A stretch of DNA of 64,000 bases from Planctomycetota bacterium (GTDB lineage: Bacteria; Planctomycetota; UBA1135; UBA2386): assembly GCA_965223545.1 (NCBI GenBank), contig OZ245006.1, positions 2,848,001-2,912,000 on the forward strand, in the 5' to 3' direction. Below the pieces are notes generated by a model. It was given only the letters and a program-made list of their open reading frames with translations. It was not told the origin of the DNA and ran no database searches. Made by a program: the position numbers and the translations under genes. Positions 28,787-37,760 of the stretch are shown in pieces (the first letter of the stretch is position 1; the number at the start of each line of letters is the position of its first letter).

Positions 28787-30787
28787 TCAGCGGCACTGGA
28801 TGCGCACCCCCGGCGCCACCGCCCAGGTGTGGCTCTCGACCTCGTTGAGCGGCCGCAGCGCGTAGTCCACGCCGTCCGCGAGCTTGGCGTACTCGGCGGG
28901 CGCAACCTGAATGTAGATCTCGCGGAACTCACCGTCCGCCGATGAGAAGCAGCCGACAGCGGCCTCGACGGCGACACTCGGCTGCCCCGCCGCCTCGAGC
29001 ACGAAGCTGCGGTCGGCGTGGCGCGTGAACGCCTTGAGCTGATCCCCGTCCTGGCCGTCGATCCACTCGTCGACGTGCGCCAACAAGTGGCCCGATCCCG
29101 GCAGAGCTTCGCGAATCCACGACGGGGTGTCGGGAGCGTTGGCCCAGTACAGCCGGGTGACGGTGAGCCGCCGGTGACCGCCGGCGCCGACAGCCGATTC
29201 CGCGCTCCCCTCATCGGCCGGGCGCGTGAGTGTCACTCCGGAGAGCACTTTCCAGTGCGGGGGGCCGCCGCCGTTGACCGCCCGGAGCGTGTAGGCGACC
29301 CCCGCGGTCATCTTCGCCAGCTCGGGGGGATCGATCTGCAGGTAGAACTCATTGGTCCAGAAACCGCGCCGCGCCTCGGCACGGACGTCGGGGTGTCCCG
29401 CCGCCTCGAACACGAACTCCTTGTCGAGCGCCGCATAGACCTCCATGTAGCGATCGACTCCGTCGAACTCTTCGTCGACACGCATCAGGACGTGGCCCGA
29501 TCCGTCGCGCACACACTCGTCCTCGCCGATCCACGCCGGCCGGTCGGGCCCGTGGAACCAACAAGCCCGCGAGACGGTCAAGCGCTGCAACGGCCCATCC
29601 TCGACCTCGGGATTGTCGAGGTCCGCGTGCACCCCGAACCGGTCGGAGATGCCGATCGCGGCGTACGGGTTGTTGTGGTTGAAGACGAACGTCTTGCGGT
29701 GTTTGGCCGACCAAACACCCCAAGTGTCCTGCAGCCCCCACTCGCTCAGATCGTTGAAGGTGTGGACGTGGGTCAGCAACCCGAACATGCCGCGGTCCAG
29801 GATCGGCTGACCCAACCGACTGTAGTTGAGGCGCCGCCAGCGCCCGCCGACGTACACCTCGTTGAACGTGTGGGACGCGAAGGCGTTCTCGAGCGGCGCG
29901 AGCCCGCGCAGAATCGCGGCCCGCACCGCGTGGTGGGTCACGCCATGGCGCACCATCTCCACTTGGCGTGGATCGGAGCCATCGACGACCGGGATTGCCA
30001 AGATCATCCGGGTCGGGATGCCGACCGCGCGCAGCACCGTGGTGAGCGCCATCGCCGACGACGTGCAGGTGCCGCGCGTCTTGTGGTAGTACATCGAGCG
30101 ACCGAGCAGCTCGCGTTCGAACAACTCCTCGAAGCTCCACGACAGGTCGGCCTTGTCGATGTTCCGCTCGCGCCCCGGGATTGGCTGAACGACGCCGTCC
30201 GGGTAGTGCACGTGCAGTGCGTTGAAGAGCGGGTAGCTCCGGTAGGTGTCGACGAACCAGCGAGACACCTTCTCCACCACTTCCACGTCGGTCAACGCGT
30301 CCCGTTCGATCCCGGCAGCGCCAAGCTCGGCGAGGAGATCCCGGCGCATCTTGGCGTCCCAGTTCGTGTTGATGCGCGGCGCCAAGAACTCCTTCATCCG
30401 CGCCGCCGCCACCTGCCAGCGACGGGTGCCTTCGATCGCGTCGCCCGCGGTCGACAGCGGATAGTGGATCACCTCGAGCTCGACGTAGTCGGCGGTCTGC
30501 TCGAGCACCCGCGCATCCTGGTAGTCGTCGTCGAGACCGTCACCCAGTCCGCACGGCGGCATCACGCGGACGATCGAGCGGAGCGAATAGGTGTACTCCC
30601 GGCGCTCGTTCCAGTCCCCGTCGGGGGTGCCGTCGCCATCGCTATCGGCGCTCTCGGGATCGGTGCGGTATTTGTGGAGCTCGTGGAAGTCGGCGAGACC
30701 ATCGCGGTCCGTGTCCGGCCCGGCATCGGTTTGAGCGGCGGCTGCGCCGCAGACGAACAGGCCGAGGAGAGAGAACGGAGCGTGCAT
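28787..30787 (-). CDS. Secreted transglutaminase-like domain protein with tandem C-terminal repeat
   Basis: Signal peptide; DTDRDGL/DSDGDG Ca-binding-like repeats; GTCTSSA...LRAVGIPTR...HTFNEVYVGGRW. Confidence 0.8.
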   Translation of the reverse strand: MHAPFSLLGLFVCGAAAAQTDAGPDTDRDGLADFHELHKYRTDPESADSDGDGTPDGDWNERREYTYSLRSIVRVMPPCGLGDGLDDDYQDARVLEQTADYVELEVIHYPLSTAGDAIEGTRRWQVAAARMKEFLAPRINTNWDAKMRRDLLAELGAAGIERDALTDVEVVEKVSRWFVDTYRSYPLFNALHVHYPDGVVQPIPGRERNIDKADLSWSFEELFERELLGRSMYYHKTRGTCTSSAMALTTVLRAVGIPTRMILAIPVVDGSDPRQVEMVRHGVTHHAVRAAILRGLAPLENAFASHTFNEVYVGGRWRRLNYSRLGQPILDRGMFGLLTHVHTFNDLSEWGLQDTWGVWSAKHRKTFVFNHNNPYAAIGISDRFGVHADLDNPEVEDGPLQRLTVSRACWFHGPDRPAWIGEDECVRDGSGHVLMRVDEEFDGVDRYMEVYAALDKEFVFEAAGHPDVRAEARRGFWTNEFYLQIDPPELAKMTAGVAYTLRAVNGGGPPHWKVLSGVTLTRPADEGSAESAVGAGGHRRLTVTRLYWANAPDTPSWIREALPGSGHLLAHVDEWIDGQDGDQLKAFTRHADRSFVLEAAGQPSVAVEAAVGCFSSADGEFREIYIQVAPAEYAKLADGVDYALRPLNEVESHTWAVAPGVRIQCR

Positions 30788-30802
30788 CGCTACAACCTCC
30801 AG

Positions 30803-33268
30803 TCAGTAGGAGAGGACCTCGATCTTCTCGGGATCGAGCCGAATCGGCCGGCGGCCGAGCTCGACGCCAGCTCTGAAGGCCACCAGAGTGGTGGCGGCCT
30901 CGCTGGTGGTGAGCACTGGCGACTCACCGCCGCGGAGGCCGCATCGCAGCTCGCCCACGCTAGCACGGTAGCTCGTCGCGTACAGTCGCAGCGGCCGACC
31001 CTCGACATCGAGGAGAGAGAAGGCATCGACCGGCAAACCCGGCGAGGCCTCGAAGCGAAAACGACAGCGCCGCGCCAGCTCGAGCTCGTGCCATCCGGCG
31101 CGCTCGACCGGTCGGCTCCAGTCCAAGACCTCCGGTCCGCTGGCGTTGAGGCGCATGCTCGCCATCACCACCTCGCCCAGGTCGAAGTGACCGCGCGCGT
31201 CGGTGCACACGACGCGCCCACGCGTCGAGCGACGGTAGCCGCGCCCGTTGTCGTCGACCTCGAGTCCGAGCGCGACCTCGATGCCCGCCAGCGGCAGGCC
31301 GCCCAGCGAGCGCGCCACGCCGCGCACTCGGGTGCGGGCCGGCAACGGAACCGACAGCACGACGTCTCGGGAACCGACTTCGAGCGGCGGAGACTCGAAG
31401 CTCTGCAGGTCGCGCGGATTCCACGCCCAAACGCGGTACGGCCCAGAACGGAGACCGCGCATCTCGAAGGAACCGTCCGCGCGCGTGCGCACCCGATTGG
31501 GCGCACCACGCGACAGATCCTCCGCCAGAACGACGGGCAGCTCGCGGTCATCGACGACGACGCCATCGAGCAACTTGACCATCCAGCCCGCACAGGGCGC
31601 GCCGTCCGGGCGGCGGAGCCGCGCCGAGATCGACCTCGCCGGCCCGCCGAGGACAAGACAGACGTGGGCTTCCCCTAGCGGCAGCCGCCCACCGAAGTTC
31701 TCGAGCACCGCGGGCTGCCACCCCGGCGCGGCGGCAACCAGCGGCGCCGGCGATGACGGCGTGGAGATCGCGAACTCGCCGCGCTCACCGGCGCGCGCTT
31801 CTCCTCCGCCCCACCGGACGACGGCTCCCGCGACTGGCAAGCCACCGCGGTCCACCACCGTTCCACGCAGGCTGCGGCGGGCTGGCGGCTCGGCGCTCAA
31901 CGCGATCGCCATCACCTCTCCGGCCGCGCCCAACGGCCGCCGCGCCGTATGGTAGCCCGCCGCGCGCACGGTGAGCACGGCGTCTTCGGCGGTCGGAACG
32001 CCGCGCAACCGGAAGCGTCCGTCGGCGCCGGTGCGTGCCGACGGCGACGCGGCGCCAGTGGCCAGGACCAACGCCTCCAACGCGGCGGGCAACTCCGACA
32101 CCGTCGCGTGCTCGTGGTCCGCCGCCGAACCGTGGTCCCCGAGCATGGCGTCCATCGGCACCGACAAGCCGGCGAAGGCATCGTCGGGCACCACGAGCCG
32201 CACGTCCGCCCCCGCGACCGCCGCACCGTGCTCGTCGAGCACGCGCCCCTCGACCGACCGCGCCCGCGCGACGACGAGCACCCGGTGGTCAGCAGGCGTG
32301 GCGGGGTGCACGATGCAGCTGCGCAGGCTCTTGACCGTGCCGTCGTCGATCCAGAGCACCGCGTGTTCGCCGTACAACGAGAACGCGAAGCCGCCGTCGG
32401 CGGCGGCGACGACGCGGGTCAGCACCCGATCCATCGCGATCGACACCTCCGCGCCGCCGACGGAAACACCGCTGCCGTCGATCACGCGCCCGCCGGACAA
32501 CGTGACCCTCGGCGTTGCGGCGGCCGCGATCATGGCGTCCTCGCGACGAGGCTGCGCGGCACGCGCCGCGAAGCCACCCACCCGTGCAGTGGAGTCCCGC
32601 ACGTCCGCCAGCGTCGGCGGCGACACCGCCGGGCTCGACGCCAGGACGAGCCAAGCGGCGCCGACCACCACGGCCGCCGAGACCGCGAGTCCGCCGAACC
32701 GCGGCGCGAACGACCGGCGCGCCACCGCCGACGGGTCCACCCAGTTCGCCAAGATCGCCAGCCAACCGCCGCGCGAGCCGCAGGAACGGTCGAGTCGGGC
32801 GCGCAGCACGGCGAGCGCGCGCGCCAGCCGACTGCGCACCGCCGCACTCGTCGATCCGGTGCGCGCCGCGATGACGCGCGGCGGTAGATCGTCGAAGTAG
32901 CGCATCACCACCACCTCGCGGTCGCGCGGCTCCAGCGCCATCACCGCGTCGAGCAACCGGCGCTGCAGCTCGGTCCGCACCACGGAGTCGGCCGAGGCCG
33001 GCAGGCACTCGTCCCGCGCCGCGCCATGCTCCCTGCTGCGTCGCCGCCGCTCGGTGCGAGTGACGGTCGCCACTCGCCGCCGCACGACCCGCGCCAGCCA
33101 GGCGCGCAGCCCCGCCTCGTTCGCGGTCCGCGGAGGACGCTCGAGAGCTGCCACACAGACGTCCTGCACGGCGTCTTCCGCGCCGTGCGCGTCGCCGATC
33201 AACTCGACTGCCAGTGCGCGCAGCCAAGACGTCTGTCGCAGCAAGAGCTCGGGATCGATCGCAGCCAT
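30803..33268 (-). CDS. ECF sigma-70 factor with TM segment and extracytoplasmic carboxypeptidase-regulatory-like repeats
   Basis: AEDAVQD, RAWLARVVR, REVVVMRYFDDL...AVRSRLARA; TM; repeated GRVLD..G..VAGA. Confidence 0.85.
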   Translation of the reverse strand: MAAIDPELLLRQTSWLRALAVELIGDAHGAEDAVQDVCVAALERPPRTANEAGLRAWLARVVRRRVATVTRTERRRRSREHGAARDECLPASADSVVRTELQRRLLDAVMALEPRDREVVVMRYFDDLPPRVIAARTGSTSAAVRSRLARALAVLRARLDRSCGSRGGWLAILANWVDPSAVARRSFAPRFGGLAVSAAVVVGAAWLVLASSPAVSPPTLADVRDSTARVGGFAARAAQPRREDAMIAAAATPRVTLSGGRVIDGSGVSVGGAEVSIAMDRVLTRVVAAADGGFAFSLYGEHAVLWIDDGTVKSLRSCIVHPATPADHRVLVVARARSVEGRVLDEHGAAVAGADVRLVVPDDAFAGLSVPMDAMLGDHGSAADHEHATVSELPAALEALVLATGAASPSARTGADGRFRLRGVPTAEDAVLTVRAAGYHTARRPLGAAGEVMAIALSAEPPARRSLRGTVVDRGGLPVAGAVVRWGGGEARAGERGEFAISTPSSPAPLVAAAPGWQPAVLENFGGRLPLGEAHVCLVLGGPARSISARLRRPDGAPCAGWMVKLLDGVVVDDRELPVVLAEDLSRGAPNRVRTRADGSFEMRGLRSGPYRVWAWNPRDLQSFESPPLEVGSRDVVLSVPLPARTRVRGVARSLGGLPLAGIEVALGLEVDDNGRGYRRSTRGRVVCTDARGHFDLGEVVMASMRLNASGPEVLDWSRPVERAGWHELELARRCRFRFEASPGLPVDAFSLLDVEGRPLRLYATSYRASVGELRCGLRGGESPVLTTSEAATTLVAFRAGVELGRRPIRLDPEKIEVLSY

Positions 33269-33314
33269 CGGTCTACGCAAGAGAGACACCGGCGGCGGCG
33301 GATTGTCGCAAACT

Positions 33315-34862
33315 TCAGCGCGTATACACCGTCCAGTCCGGCATCCCGGGCAGCTCGATCCGGCGCGAGAAACCCGGCAGCCGTTCCGGTAGGCCCGCGG
33401 CACGCTTGCGCTTGAAGAGCAACACCCACTTCATGTCGGGGGGCAAGTGCCGGCGCCAGTGCTCCTCCGAGATCGGTACGCCCGCGGAGCTGCGGTCGAA
33501 CAGCGACCACGCATAGTGATACAGCTCGCCGTCGGCCATCAAGGTGGACAACGTGTTGAGCGGGAAGTAGGCCTGGCCGGGGTGGGCGACGGCGAAGTCG
33601 TAGGCCTGCCGCTGTTGGTTGTGGGCCACTTCGGGCAAACGCGCGAGCCGATGCACCGTCTTCTGCGGCCAACACATGAAGACCAGGGCGATCGCCATGC
33701 CGACGGGCAATGCGACCCGCTGCAGCAGGGGCTCCCGGTCCACGTCTCGACTCGCCTCTGCCGCTGCCAGGACGGCCAGCCCGATGGCCGCAACCATGTA
33801 GTAGAGGGTGTGGTAGCTGTTCATCCACCCGCCGATCTTGGCGCGCGCGATCCAGCTCATGGGAAACAGGGTCAGCGCGGCCAGGCCCGGCAACAACCAG
33901 GGCGCCTTCACCCAGCGCCGGCGGGCGCGCGGGGCCGTGAAATGCAGCAACCCCAGCACCACGACGAGCGGCAAGCTCCAGCGCGAGAGCTCTCTCAACA
34001 CACCGAACAAGCCAGCCATCGGGTGGGCCTGCGGCACGGTGAACACGTTGAACCACATGTTCTCGAAGCCAAATGCACCGACGAACACCGGCACCGACAG
34101 CGCGCCGAACAGCGCCAGCCGCAACAAGTAGCGCCACACCACGGCACCGCCAAACCCGACCCACAGCCAGATCAGCTGGCCTGGAACCATGGTGATCTCG
34201 ATCTGCTTCGCCCACACCGAGAGCACGGCGCACAGTGCCGACAGCGCCAGCCGGCCGCCCCCGGGGGCGAGACCGTCCGGCCGCAGCAGGGCCGCACAGC
34301 TCAGGAGCCCGAGCCCCACTGCCGTCGAGTCGACGTGGATGCCGGCCACCATCGAGCGCGGCCCGGGAACGAACAGCTGGAGGGCGACCGTGACGAGGCA
34401 GGCGCCGATCGCGATGGGGCGGCGCACGGGATCGCGCCATCGCCCCTGCATCAGCAACACGAACATCGGCACCACCCCGGCGAGCAGGTTGATGGTGCCG
34501 CCGATCAGCATCGCCGACGTGATGTCGGGCGCAACCATCGCCGGCAGCATCAACAACGGCATCACCGGTCCGTACAGCAGGGGCAACACGGCACCCTCCT
34601 CGGGCCCCGGATACAGCGGCACGCCATGCGTCATGACCGCCGCGAACGACAGTCGCGCGGCGCTCCAGCCGCGGAACGGCACTTCGGCCACGATCCCGAC
34701 CATGCCGAGCAGCAAGAGCAGGCAGGCCAAGGGCGTGACGGCCACGACGAACCGCAACCCCGGCGACAGGTCGCGGCGGTGCACACACCGCCACACGGCG
34801 ACCCCCACCGCGAGCACGGCCAACGCGCCGACGCCAATCCACCACCCGACCGGCGTCTGCAC
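33315..34862 (-). CDS. Polytopic membrane protein, probable GT-C-type (ArnT/PMT-like) glycosyltransferase
   Basis: Many TM helices, LYGP and WAKQ motifs; directly downstream of a GT2 fusion gene. Confidence 0.55.
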   Translation of the reverse strand: MQTPVGWWIGVGALAVLAVGVAVWRCVHRRDLSPGLRFVVAVTPLACLLLLLGMVGIVAEVPFRGWSAARLSFAAVMTHGVPLYPGPEEGAVLPLLYGPVMPLLMLPAMVAPDITSAMLIGGTINLLAGVVPMFVLLMQGRWRDPVRRPIAIGACLVTVALQLFVPGPRSMVAGIHVDSTAVGLGLLSCAALLRPDGLAPGGGRLALSALCAVLSVWAKQIEITMVPGQLIWLWVGFGGAVVWRYLLRLALFGALSVPVFVGAFGFENMWFNVFTVPQAHPMAGLFGVLRELSRWSLPLVVVLGLLHFTAPRARRRWVKAPWLLPGLAALTLFPMSWIARAKIGGWMNSYHTLYYMVAAIGLAVLAAAEASRDVDREPLLQRVALPVGMAIALVFMCWPQKTVHRLARLPEVAHNQQRQAYDFAVAHPGQAYFPLNTLSTLMADGELYHYAWSLFDRSSAGVPISEEHWRRHLPPDMKWVLLFKRKRAAGLPERLPGFSRRIELPGMPDWTVYTR

Positions 34863-34864
34863 GG

Positions 34865-36301
34865 CTACGACAAACCCAGCCTCTTGGCGAAGATCAGCTT
34901 CAACATGCGCAGCGCGGTCTTCGACACCTTGAGAAACCCCTCGGAGTGCTTCGACTCACCACCGACCCGCGGGTAGTAGCTCACCGGAATCTCGACGACG
35001 CGGCGGCGCGCGCGCAGCACCTCGATCATCATCTCCGGTGAGAACTCCGGCCCGACGCCGTTGACCGAGTCGCGGATCTTGTGCCACGACTCGCGCCAGA
35101 TGGCCCGGTACGAGCAGCCGACGTCGGTGAACCGAGGCTCTTGGCTCCACCACATCAGCTCGACGATCTTGCCGACGACGATGTTTCCCAACCGCAGCAG
35201 GCCGCCCATGTTGGAGCCCTGCTCGATCATCTCACGCGTCGTGCGCGTGCCGATGACCATGTCGGCATCCTTCATGTACTGAAGAAACTTGCCGAGGTCC
35301 TTGGCGCGGAACGAGTGGTCGGCTTCGACGACGACCAGGACGTCGCCGATCGCGTGATCCAGGCCCCACTTGATCGTGTCGCCGTACCCGACTTGCTGCA
35401 CCGTTTCGACGCGAGCGCCGTTCTCTCTGGCGACCTCGACGGTGCGATCCTTCGAGGAGTTGTCGACGACCAAGACCTCGTCGGCGACATCGACGAAGTC
35501 GCGCACGACGTAGCCGATCGAGTCCTCCTCGTTGTACGCGGGGATGACGATGCTGATCTTGTACTCCGAGAAGGAGCGGCTCCGCGCCTTGTAGTTGGCG
35601 TAGTTGTAGTCCTCGATCGAGTTCACGTTGAGGTAGTCGCCGGAGAGGAAGAACGGTAGCACGAGATCGCCGCCACGCGCAGCGTCCCGGACGACGTCGG
35701 TCAGCTCGACGCGCTTGGAACGCGGGCTCGGGGCCGTGTCGCGGATGCGACCGAACAGCTCGGGCGTGAAGACCCACGTACCACAGCCGAGCAGGTCCGT
35801 CGTGACGTTGACGGGCTTCTCCTCGAGGTCGGTGATCCGGCCGTCGTTGATGACCAGTGAGTAGTTTTTCTCGATCAACCGCGGATTGTCGGTCTGCCGC
35901 ACGGCGCACACCGCGAAGAACTCGCCCTCGGGCACACGCAGCTCGGAGTGGTTGCTGCCGAGATAGAGCTCGTCGCCGAGCACCGTGACGAAAGGGCGGT
36001 CCAACAGCGGCTCGGCGAGCAGGACACCGCGCGCCAGCCCCACCTTGGGCTCGGCACAGTGCACGTATCGAATCTGGACGCCGAAGCGCTCCCCGTCACC
36101 CAGAAACGCGCGCACCTGATCGGCGAGGTAGCCGACGATGACGACGATGTCGCGGATGCCGAGCTGGTCGCGCAAGATCTCGATGTTGCGCTGGATCAGC
36201 GGCTTGCCCGCGATCTCGAGCATGACCTTCGGAATCCAACTCGTCGCGGGATAGGCGCGCACTCCGCGCCCCGCAGCGGGAATCAGTCCGAGGTCGAGCA
36301 T
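34865..36301 (-). CDS. Bifunctional sugar-phosphate nucleotidyltransferase / GT2 polyprenyl-phosphate glycosyltransferase
   Basis: IPAAGRGVR..PKVML (NTP transferase); SIVIPAYNEE..VVDNSSKD..GYG..EADHS..YYPRVGGESK (GT2). Confidence 0.88.
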   Translation of the reverse strand: MLDLGLIPAAGRGVRAYPATSWIPKVMLEIAGKPLIQRNIEILRDQLGIRDIVVIVGYLADQVRAFLGDGERFGVQIRYVHCAEPKVGLARGVLLAEPLLDRPFVTVLGDELYLGSNHSELRVPEGEFFAVCAVRQTDNPRLIEKNYSLVINDGRITDLEEKPVNVTTDLLGCGTWVFTPELFGRIRDTAPSPRSKRVELTDVVRDAARGGDLVLPFFLSGDYLNVNSIEDYNYANYKARSRSFSEYKISIVIPAYNEEDSIGYVVRDFVDVADEVLVVDNSSKDRTVEVARENGARVETVQQVGYGDTIKWGLDHAIGDVLVVVEADHSFRAKDLGKFLQYMKDADMVIGTRTTREMIEQGSNMGGLLRLGNIVVGKIVELMWWSQEPRFTDVGCSYRAIWRESWHKIRDSVNGVGPEFSPEMMIEVLRARRRVVEIPVSYYPRVGGESKHSEGFLKVSKTALRMLKLIFAKRLGLS

Positions 36302-36450
36302 GCAGGGGAGGAAAGATAGCGGCGGCGCCCGGGAATCCCAACTCGGGTGACCCGGCAGCACGCGGGGGAATGGGTGCAGCCCACGTTGGCGCCGAGAGAA
36401 TCGGGCCCCCCTCGCCATTCGCGACGGTCGGCGCCTATGGTGACCGCTGT

Positions 36451-37725
36451 ATGCGCCCCGCCTCGCTGCCCCTCATCGCCGTCTTGCTGCTGCCGACCGC
36501 GGCCTATCTGGTCGCGGTCGGGATCGCCGTGTTCGGCACGCCCCGGGCCCGATTCGAGACCGGCGACTACGTCGTCGCCGCCATCGTCGGGCTGTACACG
36601 CTGCTCGTGTTGGTCATCGCACGCTCGCGCCGCGGGGCAGCGCGCTTCGCCCTGCTGACGGGTTCGTGCCTGCTGGCCTGGGTGGGGTTCGAGCTGGCGT
36701 ACCGGGCCCTGGGGCCTCTTTCGGTGACGCCCTGGGTGCCGAACCTCAACGCGTCGTTCGACGTCGACCCATCGATCCCGGGACTGGGCGGCGCGGTGAA
36801 CGTGACCACCAACCGCTACGGCCTGCGCGGCGACGAGCGCGCGCCCGAGGAGGTCGACCATTCCGTTCTCGCCCTGGGTGGCAGCACGACCGAGTGCCTC
36901 TACGTCGACGACGCCAAGACGTGGACGCAGATCCTGCAGCGCAACCTCGAGCAAGAGCTCGACCGCAGCGTCTTGGTCGCCAACGCCGGGCGCGCCGGCC
37001 ACCGCCTGTTCCAGCACACGTTCATGCTCCGCCACTACCCACCGGCCGCCGACTTCGATTGGGTGGTCGTGCTGGCGGGCTTCAACGAGGCCTTCTGGCT
37101 GTTCCGCGGCGACTGGAAGAAGTCGCGAGGCGCGCAGCTCGCCAACACGTTGATCGGCTACGACCCGAAGGCGGCGCCCTACAAGCAGCTCGCGGCCTAT
37201 CGCCTGATCGCCGCGATGCTGCGCAGTGGACGCAATGTCGGCGAGGGGACGATCCAGGACGCCAACGGGCTGTGGATGGTCCGCTTGCGCGAGCAGCGCC
37301 AGGCGATGCTGAAGAAGAACGTCATCCAGGGCTTGCCCGCCGATCTGGACGCCGCGCTGGAGCAGTATCGCGCAGACCTCCTCGATCTGGTCGCCGCGAC
37401 GCGCGAGAACGACCAGCGCCTCGTGCTCATGACGCAACCGTTCTTGCCGCGCGAAAACCTGCCGGAAGACCTCGAGGCCCTGCTCTACACCGGCGTCGTC
37501 GCCAAGGTCGGCGCCTACCCGACGGCCACGATCGCCGCGGTCGTGCGCCGCTTCAACGACGTGACCCGCCAGGTCGCGCGCGAGGCCGGGGTCGCCTGCC
37601 TCGACATCGCCGACCGCTTGCCGCCCGACACGACCACGTTCTACGACGACTGCCACTTCAACATCTCGGGGTGCGCGCAAGTGGGCGCGCTCGCCACCGA
37701 GGGCATGCTGCCGCTGCTGCGCTGA
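36451..37725 (+). CDS. Membrane-anchored SGNH/GDSL hydrolase family protein
   Basis: ALGGSTT, NAGRAG, LAGFN and DDCHFN blocks; N-terminal TM helices. Confidence 0.85.
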   Translation: MRPASLPLIAVLLLPTAAYLVAVGIAVFGTPRARFETGDYVVAAIVGLYTLLVLVIARSRRGAARFALLTGSCLLAWVGFELAYRALGPLSVTPWVPNLNASFDVDPSIPGLGGAVNVTTNRYGLRGDERAPEEVDHSVLALGGSTTECLYVDDAKTWTQILQRNLEQELDRSVLVANAGRAGHRLFQHTFMLRHYPPAADFDWVVVLAGFNEAFWLFRGDWKKSRGAQLANTLIGYDPKAAPYKQLAAYRLIAAMLRSGRNVGEGTIQDANGLWMVRLREQRQAMLKKNVIQGLPADLDAALEQYRADLLDLVAATRENDQRLVLMTQPFLPRENLPEDLEALLYTGVVAKVGAYPTATIAAVVRRFNDVTRQVAREAGVACLDIADRLPPDTTTFYDDCHFNISGCAQVGALATEGMLPLLR

Positions 37726-37760
37726 CGCGCTGACGCGCGCAGGGTCGTCGGCAGCGAGCC

